A stretch of 64,000 bases of DNA from the NCBI GenBank assembly GCA_040220235.1, contig JAVJTO010000048.1, one strand, 5' to 3'. This DNA comes from Coleofasciculus sp. B1-GNL1-01. GTDB taxonomy: Bacteria > Cyanobacteriota > Cyanobacteriia > Cyanobacteriales > Coleofasciculaceae. The notes under the pieces were generated by a model. The model did no database searches. It was not told the DNA's origin and saw nothing but the letters and a program-made list of their open reading frames with translations. How positions within the stretch are numbered: position 1 is the stretch's first letter; every line of letters begins with the position of its first letter. Shown in pieces: positions 39,943 through 49,557 of the stretch. The translations under genes and the position numbers were made by a program.

Positions 39943-40716
39943 TCATAACCTTCGCTCAACTCTCAGCATCCGCTGATAAGATAACCATCCGGCTACTACC
40001 ATAATTAAGGCAAATACGCCCAAAAACCAAAAATGTTCCCGGATATCCGCCAATCCCGCGCCATTTGCCCACACACCTAGCAGCGCTTCGTTGATATGGT
40101 AAATCGGGTTAAATTGGGCGATGTCTAGCAAGGTGTCGGGAAATAGGGAGGTGGGTAAAAATGCGCCGCCTAAAATTAACAGAGGTACGCCAAATGCTGC
40201 AACCAAGGCGTTTACATCCTCCGTGCGACGGGCAAACTGGGTACCGAGGATGAATCCCACTCCCACATACGCCATGATACTCTGTAGAATGATCAAGATG
40301 CCTAAAACTAGAGACCCCTGAAACTTAGCACCCCAACATGCTGCGATCGCATAAACCAAAACGGCTTGACCCCCAGCAATGGCGCTATGGGCGCAAAAGA
40401 TACCTAGAAAATAGGATATGCCACTTAAGGGTGAGATGAACAGACGTTTAAGGGTTTGCTGTTCTCGTTCCCCTACCACTGTGGCTACCGTACCCCCCAG
40501 ACAGCTAAAAAATAAAGCAGCACCTGCCAATGTCGAAGGGGCGGCATTTTCAAAGGCTTGCGCCATCGACAATTGGGCGCGTTCTGCCAATATATAACCG
40601 TTGAGTAATAATACCGAAATGGGGAAAATTCCCCAAAACACCAGACTGCGGCGTCTTCGCCCCAGTTCGATTAAAATGCGCTGGGCTACAGCTAATGTTT
40701 CATGCCAATAGTTCAT
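39943..40716 (-). CDS. ABC-2 type permease
   Basis: Multiple TM helices, EREQQTLKRL, NP motif. Confidence 0.88.
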   Translation of the reverse strand: MNYWHETLAVAQRILIELGRRRRSLVFWGIFPISVLLLNGYILAERAQLSMAQAFENAAPSTLAGAALFFSCLGGTVATVVGEREQQTLKRLFISPLSGISYFLGIFCAHSAIAGGQAVLVYAIAACWGAKFQGSLVLGILIILQSIMAYVGVGFILGTQFARRTEDVNALVAAFGVPLLILGGAFLPTSLFPDTLLDIAQFNPIYHINEALLGVWANGAGLADIREHFWFLGVFALIMVVAGWLSYQRMLRVERRL

Positions 40717-40858
40717 TTAATTTTTCTGTCGGGGCGGGTTTCATTATTATCCTCTCTAAATGCGAGAACTAACCTGTCAGTGTCATCAGTGTGTGACTAA
40801 CCTCTCACCTCCCTACCCCCATCTCTCCAATAAATCCGTGAAATCAGTGTTTTAAACA

Positions 40859-42814
40859 ATGACCAATGACAAATTAAACCGATTCTACCTTTCCCGACGC
40901 ACCGCCCTGAAACTGATTGGTGTGGCTGGGGTGGGTAGTGTGATCGGATATTCTCGCTGGGCGAAACCGCAACCGACGGTTATTCAGCCGGATACCCTGG
41001 ATTTACCCCGAACCCTGACTCAGCCGAAATCGGTGGTGGTTGTAGGTGCGGGATTGGCGGGGCTTAGTTGTGCCTATGAGTTGAGTCAACGCGGCTTTGA
41101 TGTCACTTTATTAGAACGATCGCCTCAATTGGGCGGTAAGATTGCCAGTTGGCAAATTCAGGTGGGCGATCACGCCCTGCGGATGGAACATGGGTTCCAT
41201 GGCTTTTTCCCGCATTATTATAATTTGAATCGGTTGGTGGCTGAGTTAGACATCCAGGATCACTTCCGTTCCCTGGAATTTTACTCGGTGGTTTTTCGGG
41301 ATAATCGGTATCAGCCGGAAGTCTTTCGCCCTAGTCGTTCTGCTTTTCCCTGGAATGTAGTCGATTTAGCGATCGCGTCTTCCAATCGCTGGCGTTGGGG
41401 GATTAATTTGACCAAGCTGAAACATTGGCAGGTGTTTCGGGAAATTGGCGGTTTCCAAATCCCCGATAGTTTTCAGCGGTTGGATCATTTATCGGTTGCG
41501 GATTGGGTAAAGGGTGAGTTTCCCCAAGGGCTTTATGATCTGTATTTTTTACCCTTTGCTAAATCCAGTCTGAATGCGCCGGATGTGCTGAGTGTGGGCG
41601 AATTAATGCAGTTTTTCCACTTTTATTTTTTTGGTAATCCGGAGGGATTGGCGTTTAATGGGACGCGCCAGGATATGGGTAGGAGTTTGGTGGAACCGAT
41701 TGCCCAGGCGATTCAAAATCGGCAGGGAACGATTGTTACAGATGCCACGGTGAGTAGCATTAATTGGCAAAATGGGCAGATTCATGCGATTGGGTATCAG
41801 TCGGGAAATACTCAACCTTCGGTGCCGTTTTGGGTGAAGCGGAATCGCAGGATGGAAACTGATGAATCTGATCAGACTGTGGACTATTACGGGGCGGGGG
41901 ATGCGATGTTTGCCCTGTTTCCAGAGGAGAATCAAGCGATTTCTCTAACTTGTACCCATCAAGGCTGTACGGTACAACGCCAAGGGGATGGTCAGTTTAT
42001 TTGTCCCTGCCATGGGGCGGTTTATAATTCCCAAGGGCAGGTGATTGCGGGTCCGGCGAAACGGGATTTACCTCGGTTTAACCTGATGCAACGCCAAGAG
42101 GATGAGGTGCAACTGGTGGGACTTTCGACTCCAGAGTCATCCCAGGTAGCTACGGAAACGATTCAGGCGGATTATTATGTCTTTGCTACGGATGTTCCCG
42201 GTGTTCAACATTTGTTTAAATTGGCAGAAGGGGAGGTGAATTCCCAAGTATTAACTCAGGTGGAACAATTAGCCGTGGCTGATCCCTTTGCGGTTGCCCG
42301 ATTTTGGTTTGATCGGGATTTTGCTTGGGATCATAGTAATTTTACTTCTCTGTCTGGTTATCGTCTCACGGATAGTATTACGCTGTATCATCGTATCCAA
42401 GATGATTATATTCAGTGGCATAAAAAGACGGGGGGAAGTGTGGTAGAGTTACATGCTTACTGTTATAAAGAAGACGAGTTTCCCAATCAGCAGGTTCTAT
42501 TAACCACGTTTGCACAGGAACTCTATGAAATAGTGCCAGAATTACAAACGGCGACGATGTTACATCGGGAGTTAGTGAATCAGAAAAACTTCTCCGGTTA
42601 TCCGCCGGGGAGTTATCAGGAACGCCCAGAAACCGATTCGGGGGTAGCCAATCTATTTTTTGCTGGAGACTGGGTAAAAATGCCCTTTCCCTGTGGCTTA
42701 ATGGAACGGGCGGTAAGTAGTGGATTCCTGGCGGCGAATGGGATTATACACCGGGAAGGATTGCAACGGCGATCGTTGTTATCGGTGAATCCAGAAGGCA
42801 TTTTTTCAATATGA
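40859..42814 (+). CDS. cruE: FAD-dependent carotenoid desaturase/methyltransferase with internal Rieske domain (CrtU/CruE-like)
   Basis: GAGLAG Rossmann, EHGFHGFF, Rieske CTHQGC/CPCHG, AGDW...MERAV; Tat-like SRRTALK. Confidence 0.7.
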   Translation: MTNDKLNRFYLSRRTALKLIGVAGVGSVIGYSRWAKPQPTVIQPDTLDLPRTLTQPKSVVVVGAGLAGLSCAYELSQRGFDVTLLERSPQLGGKIASWQIQVGDHALRMEHGFHGFFPHYYNLNRLVAELDIQDHFRSLEFYSVVFRDNRYQPEVFRPSRSAFPWNVVDLAIASSNRWRWGINLTKLKHWQVFREIGGFQIPDSFQRLDHLSVADWVKGEFPQGLYDLYFLPFAKSSLNAPDVLSVGELMQFFHFYFFGNPEGLAFNGTRQDMGRSLVEPIAQAIQNRQGTIVTDATVSSINWQNGQIHAIGYQSGNTQPSVPFWVKRNRRMETDESDQTVDYYGAGDAMFALFPEENQAISLTCTHQGCTVQRQGDGQFICPCHGAVYNSQGQVIAGPAKRDLPRFNLMQRQEDEVQLVGLSTPESSQVATETIQADYYVFATDVPGVQHLFKLAEGEVNSQVLTQVEQLAVADPFAVARFWFDRDFAWDHSNFTSLSGYRLTDSITLYHRIQDDYIQWHKKTGGSVVELHAYCYKEDEFPNQQVLLTTFAQELYEIVPELQTATMLHRELVNQKNFSGYPPGSYQERPETDSGVANLFFAGDWVKMPFPCGLMERAVSSGFLAANGIIHREGLQRRSLLSVNPEGIFSI

Positions 42815-43041
42815 TTCGTCATTTGTCATTTGTCATTTGTCATTCGTCATTCCTCAGAAACCCTTGATACACCGTAGGGTGGGTTGAGCGAAGTCGAAAC
42901 CCACCAGCCTTAAACAGGAATCTCACCAACAGTACAGATAATTGTAGGGGCGGGTTTAGGGATTCAATCGTGACTATTACCGATAACGTATCAACAAAAC
43001 CCGCCCTGACTTCCCCTATCCCCAATGAAGAGGAACACGCT

Positions 43042-43560
43042 ATGATTAAAGGTGCGATCGCGAAATTAGGACTGATTAGTTTATTAGCAGGATTTTCGCC
43101 AACAATACAGGCGCAGGAATCGCCTTCCTACATTCCCCAAACAGCCGCAGCTTTGGCGCTGCAAGGGGAGGTGCAAGAATATTTAAATGCGGTGAATTTG
43201 GCGCAATTCAATTATTTTCTGGAGTATTCTCAGTTTGCCACAAGTTTAACTGAGTTAAATTTGGCGGGGTTCCAGGAAACGGAGAATTATCGCTATTTGA
43301 TGTTACCTGCAAAGAATCCGCTTCAGGGTATGATTATGATTGCCCAAGCCAAAGATCCGAGATTAAAAAGTTATGCGGGGGCAGCGTTTGTGGTATCGTC
43401 GGGTGAGATTCTTAAGGGGATCGGGGGGATTTGTGAGACGAATTTGCCTTCAACCTCTCCGCCTGTGATTCCGACTGCGCCGACGTTTGCTTCTACGGGG
43501 ATATTATGTCCCTTTGGTTCTCATGCGTTAACGGATTTTGATCGGGACAGAATATTATAG
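43042..43560 (+). CDS. Type IV pilin-like G/H family secreted protein
   Basis: YLNAVNLAQ..Y..E...FA...L, ETENYRY, LKSYAGA, ICE...C; gagg RBS before the ATG at 43042. Confidence 0.75.
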   Translation: MIKGAIAKLGLISLLAGFSPTIQAQESPSYIPQTAAALALQGEVQEYLNAVNLAQFNYFLEYSQFATSLTELNLAGFQETENYRYLMLPAKNPLQGMIMIAQAKDPRLKSYAGAAFVVSSGEILKGIGGICETNLPSTSPPVIPTAPTFASTGILCPFGSHALTDFDRDRIL

Positions 43561-43823
43561 GGTGTGACACCGTAGGGGCGCACCGACGTGCGCCCGATTC
43601 AATGGTAAAAGATTTTGCTGTTCCGTTATTGGTGAGATAGGGCGGGTTTTGCTGTTCCGTTATTGGTGAGATAGCTGAGTTGAATTCCTAAACCCGCCCC
43701 TACAATGGATAAACCCGCCCCTACAATGGTTAAATCTGTCCCTACAATTCCTAAATCTGTCCCTACAATTCCTAAACTTGCCCCTACAATTAAATTATAA
43801 CTACAATTGAATTATGACTTAGT

Positions 43824-44852
43824 ATGACCAAATTAGACGTTCGCCAACTCGGAATTAATCTCAATCATTGGTATGTTGTCGCCCGTAGCGATGAGGTTAA
43901 ATCTAAACCTATCGGCGTAACCCTTTGGCATCAAAATATTGTTATTTTTCGCGATAGTACGGGTGAAATTCATGCCTTAGAAAACCGTTGTCCCCATCGC
44001 CAGGTGCAATTGAGTCATGGTCAAGTTAAGGGGGATTTGTTGGAATGCGCCTATCATGGATGGCAGTTTAAGTCAACGGGAACTTGTGTTTTTGTTCCCT
44101 ATTTAGCCGAAAATCAAAAATTGCCGAGTTGTGCAATTCGTGCTTATCCGGTGCGGGAAAAGGATGGGTTTATTTGGCTGTTTCCAGGGGAGGGTGATAG
44201 GAACATTCGACAACCGATGGGACTCCCGGAGTGGGAGCATTTGAATTATATTGCTACGGTTTCTCGAATTGACTGTAATGCCCATTATTCATTTTTAATT
44301 GAGAATTTGATGGATATGTATCATGGGCATTTACATCAGGATTGGCAAGCGTGGGCTGATCCGGTTTTGGTGGATATTGATGAGGATGAACATCGGGTGG
44401 ATGCTCATTATCAGGCGCAGAGTTATTATAAAATTGATAAAATTTGGTCGATTTCTCAGTTGTTTTTTCCGGCGCTGCGGCGTTTGCATCCGGAACCGTT
44501 GGATGTGAGTTATGTTTATCCCCATTGGGTGTCGAGTTTGGGGGAAGATTTTAGGATTTATTGTTTATTGTGTCCGGTGAATTTACGGCAGACTCGTGCT
44601 TATTTGGTTCATTTTACGTCGCTGAATGCGTTTTGGCGGTTGCATAAGTTACCGATTTGGTTTCGGCGGTGGATTAAGGAGAGTTTATTTGGTTCGGCGC
44701 AGGGGTTGTTGGATGGGTTGGTGCGTCAGGATGTGCAGATGATTGAGGAGGAACAGTTGGCGTATTTGGCGCATCCGGAAGGGAGGGGGTATGAGTTGAA
44801 TCGGGCGTTGGTGACTGTGCAAGGGTTGATGGGAAAGCAGGGCGATTTGTAG
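43824..44852 (+). CDS. Rieske non-heme iron oxygenase (possibly CruH-like)
   Basis: CPHR...CAYHGW Rieske motif; ENLMDMYHGHLH mononuclear Fe site. Confidence 0.85.
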   Translation: MTKLDVRQLGINLNHWYVVARSDEVKSKPIGVTLWHQNIVIFRDSTGEIHALENRCPHRQVQLSHGQVKGDLLECAYHGWQFKSTGTCVFVPYLAENQKLPSCAIRAYPVREKDGFIWLFPGEGDRNIRQPMGLPEWEHLNYIATVSRIDCNAHYSFLIENLMDMYHGHLHQDWQAWADPVLVDIDEDEHRVDAHYQAQSYYKIDKIWSISQLFFPALRRLHPEPLDVSYVYPHWVSSLGEDFRIYCLLCPVNLRQTRAYLVHFTSLNAFWRLHKLPIWFRRWIKESLFGSAQGLLDGLVRQDVQMIEEEQLAYLAHPEGRGYELNRALVTVQGLMGKQGDL

Positions 44853-45161
44853 GGGCGGGTTTAGGGTTTTAATTGGGAATTTTGCTGATAATGTTTGTGG
44901 CAAAACCCGCCCTTGGTTAAGGAACAGTTGGTGACTGTGCAAGGGTTGATGCGAAAGCAGGGTGAATTGTAGGGGCGGGTTTAGGGATTTAATTGGGAAT
45001 CTCACCGATAATGTTTGTGGCAAAACCCGCCCTTTGTTAAGGAACAGTTGGTGACTGTGCAAGGGTTGATGCGAAAGCAGGGTAATTTGTAGGGGCGGGT
45101 TTAGGGATTTAATTGTGAATCTTGCTGATAATCTTTGTGGCAAAACCCGCCCTTTTTTAAG
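44807..45161. repeat. 120-bp tandem triplication of the gene 3' end plus a REP pair
   Basis: gttggtgactgtgcaagggttgatg starts at 44807, 44927 and 45047. Confidence 0.9.
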
Positions 45162-45239
45162 GTTGAATGTATATTTTACGTTGGTGGTGTCAGCGTTGCG
45201 TTGATGGGCTGAAGCCCACACTACAAACTACGAACGACA

Positions 45240-46334
45240 TTATCCTGGCGGTTTAGTAATAATTATCGCGTCTGATATGACTGTGTAGTTTTTTCCTTCC
45301 CAGATGAAGTTTAGGGTTTGTCCGGGAGATGAAGAGATTTTATCTAAGTAAGCTGTTATTCTAGCGTCGAGAAGCGGTTTGGCGCGTTTCAATTTCCAGG
45401 ATTGAAAGAAATTTGAGGGGTCAATCAGAACTAAGAACAAGCGATTCGAGGCGTCAAATCGACGGATACCTTGATTTTCGTATAGCCATTTGATTAGATT
45501 AACTGGATTTGTCTGTGCTTCTTGAATCAGTTGTTCCCGAAAATTAGTGAGTTCAGAGAGTAAGGTTTGGGCGTCTTCTGACGGATAATCACTGGCTTTT
45601 TTCCATAAGTCTGAGAGTAATTGACTGTCAGGAATATTCCTGCTGAATGTGACTTGATGCTGACGCGCCCATTGTTTCAATAGTGTAAGTTCTGGACGCT
45701 TTTGTTCTGAACGACGGCACTGTTTGATGTATCCTTCAGGAAAATAAGTGACTTTCAGGTCAAAGGGAACATTATTTATAAAAAAGTCTATTTTTTTGAT
45801 TAATCCTACCGCAGGTAATACTTTATCATGATCACGAAAAATATCTTCGATTATGATTGATGTCCAATGGTTATACCATGAACATAAAACGTAACCTCGC
45901 ATACTATAGTGAAGCTCATTCTCGATACTGTTTGAGAGGTGATCATAGTTATGGATTTTTTTAACGTAGTTGTCTATAATTGTTCGTTCCAGGCTATTTT
46001 GATGCAGTCCACCCCAGTCGAAACTCTCTAGACGATAGAGTTGATTAACGAGTTCTGGCTCTTGTTGACGGCGTGTTTCTCGCTCTGAGGCGTAAATTTG
46101 TTGAATGGTAGAATTAATAATGGTGTCATTAATAGAGGTGGTATTAAATGCTTCTTTCAATAACTCTCGTGCTGAGGTTGTTTGGGGGGTTAAATCTGCG
46201 GATGCGAATAATTGGTATAAGTGTTCACGGCGCGATAAGGAACGTAGTTTAAGAAAACGGAGTCCGTCATTGGTTTGGGATAATTCTCTGATGCGATTGT
46301 CTCGAAACCAGGCTTGTGCTGTCTCAAAGTCCAT
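45240..46334 (-). CDS. Putative type II restriction endonuclease
   Basis: IDFFINNVPFDLKVT PD-(D/E)XK-like core; directly downstream of a DNA MTase. Confidence 0.7.
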   Translation of the reverse strand: MDFETAQAWFRDNRIRELSQTNDGLRFLKLRSLSRREHLYQLFASADLTPQTTSARELLKEAFNTTSINDTIINSTIQQIYASERETRRQQEPELVNQLYRLESFDWGGLHQNSLERTIIDNYVKKIHNYDHLSNSIENELHYSMRGYVLCSWYNHWTSIIIEDIFRDHDKVLPAVGLIKKIDFFINNVPFDLKVTYFPEGYIKQCRRSEQKRPELTLLKQWARQHQVTFSRNIPDSQLLSDLWKKASDYPSEDAQTLLSELTNFREQLIQEAQTNPVNLIKWLYENQGIRRFDASNRLFLVLIDPSNFFQSWKLKRAKPLLDARITAYLDKISSSPGQTLNFIWEGKNYTVISDAIIITKPPG

Positions 46335-46349
46335 CGGGTTAATTCTTGA

Positions 46350-47837
46350 CTAATGGGGAAAAGTATCTGACCAACCGTGAATGGTTTTTAATTGCGAAAT
46401 TTTGTTTAAATTAGCGTTAGGGTTGCCGAAAACGAGGGCAATGTCATGCTTGAGACTCCCTTTTCGGTTATCTTGGACAACGGAACGGGCTGAATAGTTA
46501 CAGGGGAATTGTCCTAGATAGTTGAGAGTTGATGATGGTTCGGAACCATCTATTAGTTGTTTGATAAATGCCCAGCTTTTCTGTTGTCTGGCATTATAAA
46601 TTAGGACGAGGAAGCCGTCGTCTCGCAGGATGGATGAACAGTCGGCAAAGAAGGCGCTCATGGTTTGATTGTAGAGGGTGGCGGTTTTGGCGCGTTCTTT
46701 GGCGTTTGAGATGACGATTTCTGAGTCAAAGTTGGGTTCAATTCCTAAGATGCTATTCCACAGTTCACTGAGTTCTAGGTAGGGAATGCGATCGCTGTGT
46801 GGAGGATCGGTTATAATTAGGTTGATTGATTTCTCTGGCAGTTTTTTTAATTCAGCTTGGCAAGGGGCGCAGATAATGCTACATTCTGCGTTGTTTTGGT
46901 AGAATTGATCGAGAGTTTCACTAATAGTGCTGCCTTGTAAGGGATCACCGTTTTTGATGGCGTTTAAGAGTTTGATAACGCGCCGCTCGAAACAGTTCCA
47001 AACGTTTACTTCAAAGTGTAATGGGGGTCGCCAGTAGCCAATTACCCAACTCCCGACTTCTATTTTTTTGGCGGGGTTTCCGTTGGTTTTGCCTCTGCCT
47101 GTAACGGCGAATACCATTTTAGTCATTTGTCCCGATGCGGCGGTTAGGCATAGCTTCATCGCGGGTTGGGCGGCTTGGGGAAGTTGGTTAATTTGGTTTA
47201 TGATTAAGTCCAGGTTATGTTGGGCGCGACCTGTGATTAGGTCGGATAGGGAGAGTTGCGGGGTGGCGTTGATGCGGCTGTTGGCGAAGAATTTAGGGGG
47301 ACGAATGGTTTGGCTTTGATAGGTTGAGAAGGTGTCGATGAGTTTCAGGTCTTCGGGTGTGGGGGGGAGTTCAAGGCGGCTGGTGCTACGATTTCCGGAT
47401 AACCAAATTTGACGTAATTGGTTGTTTTGCCAAAGATAGTGGGATGCGATTCTTCCATCGTTGAGTTGATAGGTTTGGTTGATTTGGGGTTTGAGGGTTT
47501 TTTCTAGGGATAGGAAGGCTTGGCGGATGAGGGGGTAATCGGGTGGGGAGATAAGGAGTTTGGTGAGTTCGGTGGCGATGGGGTTGATGTCTATTCCGAT
47601 GAAACGGCGATTCCGCAGCCGGGATTCACGGGCGGCTATGCCGGAACCGACGAAGGGGTCTAGGATGATATCGTTTTCTTGGGTGAGTTGTTGGATGGCG
47701 AGGGCGAGGGGTTCGTGGGGTTTTTTCCCCCAGTATTTGTGTAGTCTGTACCAGCCTGAATATCCAGTGGGATGAGTGATGGTTTGGGGGGATGGTTCGG
47801 GATTGTTGGTAAGTTCTAGGGTTAGTTGTTTGTACAC
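46350..47837 (-). CDS. Amino (m6A/m4C) DNA methyltransferase, alpha-type motif order
   Basis: HKYWGKKP, LDPFVGSG (motif I) before TDPPH (motif IV). Confidence 0.85.
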   Translation of the reverse strand: MYKQLTLELTNNPEPSPQTITHPTGYSGWYRLHKYWGKKPHEPLALAIQQLTQENDIILDPFVGSGIAARESRLRNRRFIGIDINPIATELTKLLISPPDYPLIRQAFLSLEKTLKPQINQTYQLNDGRIASHYLWQNNQLRQIWLSGNRSTSRLELPPTPEDLKLIDTFSTYQSQTIRPPKFFANSRINATPQLSLSDLITGRAQHNLDLIINQINQLPQAAQPAMKLCLTAASGQMTKMVFAVTGRGKTNGNPAKKIEVGSWVIGYWRPPLHFEVNVWNCFERRVIKLLNAIKNGDPLQGSTISETLDQFYQNNAECSIICAPCQAELKKLPEKSINLIITDPPHSDRIPYLELSELWNSILGIEPNFDSEIVISNAKERAKTATLYNQTMSAFFADCSSILRDDGFLVLIYNARQQKSWAFIKQLIDGSEPSSTLNYLGQFPCNYSARSVVQDNRKGSLKHDIALVFGNPNANLNKISQLKTIHGWSDTFPH

Positions 47838-47882
47838 TCGGTTTGTTTGGTTTTATCAGGTTTTGGGGTTGGGTTGGGGGCG

Positions 47883-48037
47883 GTTTGATTATTTTACAGG
47901 ATAATTTGCTCGGCGTTGCGTTGATGGGCTAAAGCCCACACTACGAACGATGAATGTAGGGGTGGGGGAGGTTTGATTATTTTACAAGATAGTTTGCTCA
48001 GCGTTACGTTGATAGGCTAAAGCCCAAACTACGAACC
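47883..48037. repeat. Tandem 88-bp duplication containing the GGGCTAAAGCCC-ACTAC REP; third copy at 45193-45238
   Basis: gcgttgcgttgatgggctaaagcccacactacgaac and variants at 45193, 47913 and 48001. Confidence 0.8.
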
Positions 48038-49300
48038 TAACGGTAGGGTGACGGTGAAGGTTGTGCCGATGCCGACTTCACTGTGGACGTTGATGGTTCC
48101 ACCGTGAATTTCGATCGCTTTTTTGACGATGGATAATCCCAGTCCGGTTCCGGGTAGGTTGCTGACGTTTCTCGCCCGGTGGAAGGGGTCAAAGAGTCGG
48201 GGAATGTCTTCTCTGGGTATGCCGATTCCTTGATCTTGGATCTGAAAGCATACTGTATGATCTGGGTAGGTTAGGGTGAGGGTTATGGTGCTGTTGGGCT
48301 GGGAATAGTTGATGGCGTTGGATATGAGGTTGCCGAGTATTTGATAGAGGAGTTTCTCGTCGAGGCAAACGCTGTGCTTGGTTCCGGGGGCGTTGAATTG
48401 TAGGGTTTTGCTGCTACCGGCGATGACTTGATAGTCTTCGATGATGGTTTCGCAGAATTGTTCTAAGTCCAGTAATGTGGGGTTGAGTTCGAGTTTGTCG
48501 GCGCTGGCTTTGCTGAAGACGAGAACGTCATCGAGTATTTTGGTAATTCGCCGCACAGCTTTATCGGTTCGTTGCAGTAATTGATTGCATTTTTCTTCGG
48601 TTAAGCCGTCGTGAGAACGGGCGAGGAGTTGGGCGGAGACGTAAATCATGTTCAGGGGGGTGCGGAATTCGTGGGAGACGGTTTGGATGAAGCGGGATTT
48701 GAGTTCGCTGAATTCTTTTTCGGCTTCTAATTCTCGGCGTAGGCTTTCGGCTTGATGGCGATAGGTCATGTCCCGAATTAACCAGCGCAATCCCACGATT
48801 TCTGATTGGGGGTTGAGAATGGCTGAGATGGAAATCTCCGCCGGGAAGGGTTCACTCTGGCGCGGTTTAATGAATATTTCCCAGTCTCGGTAGAGTAGGG
48901 TGGAGGGAAAGTCGGGGGAGGATAAGTGGGTGAGTCGGTTGAGTTGGGTGCGAAAGGTGCGTTTGCTTGTATCAGCAATAAACACAGCCAGGGGTTTGCC
49001 GATGAGACGCTGCTTATCTATATTCATTAGGGTAGCGGCGGCTTGGTTGGCGTCTTGAATTATACCGGATGCGTTAGTGATGAAATAGCCGTCGGGGGCG
49101 AATTCAAAGAGTTCTTGATACTTTCGGCGTTCGTCTTCTGTGGCTTGATGCGCTGCGGAGATTTCCTCGTTTCGTTCTTGGATTTCTTCGACGGCGGCTT
49201 GTAATTCTTCTAGGGTGGTGGATAGTTCAGTAACGGTTTCGGCTAGCTGAATTGAGCATTCATCGGGTGAAATGTCAGCTTCAGATTGAGCCTGTGTCAA
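48029..49300 (-). CDS. PAS-domain sensor histidine kinase; N-terminus frameshifted at an A9 tract
   Basis: VSHEFRTPL, NLISNAINYS, DQGIG, GTGLGL; upstream ATG at 49398 with GGAG is out of frame by one base. Confidence 0.88.
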   Translation of the reverse strand: MTQAQSEADISPDECSIQLAETVTELSTTLEELQAAVEEIQERNEEISAAHQATEDERRKYQELFEFAPDGYFITNASGIIQDANQAAATLMNIDKQRLIGKPLAVFIADTSKRTFRTQLNRLTHLSSPDFPSTLLYRDWEIFIKPRQSEPFPAEISISAILNPQSEIVGLRWLIRDMTYRHQAESLRRELEAEKEFSELKSRFIQTVSHEFRTPLNMIYVSAQLLARSHDGLTEEKCNQLLQRTDKAVRRITKILDDVLVFSKASADKLELNPTLLDLEQFCETIIEDYQVIAGSSKTLQFNAPGTKHSVCLDEKLLYQILGNLISNAINYSQPNSTITLTLTYPDHTVCFQIQDQGIGIPREDIPRLFDPFHRARNVSNLPGTGLGLSIVKKAIEIHGGTINVHSEVGIGTTFTVTLPLGS

Positions 49301-49557
49301 GCGTTCCTGGGCTTGGTGAATATGCTGGTTAATGGCTTCGGTTAAGGTGTCTGAGGATAAATTTAGTTTTTTTTTGCGGATTGGTTAGGATTCATCATTT
49401 TCTCCATCACATCAGGGGTGTCTAGGTTATTAAGTTTTATCTAGGGTTAATGCAAGGTTTTATTGATAATTGCGTTGAAAAAAGAGGAATCTGTTTGTCT
49501 GACTATCTAAAAACAGTTATATCAGGATTAGTCTGGATACGACAAGTCGTATCCAGA

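Noticed and set aside
44685..45221. 178-aa repetitive minus-strand ORF
   Set aside because: Antisense reading of the 120-bp triplication
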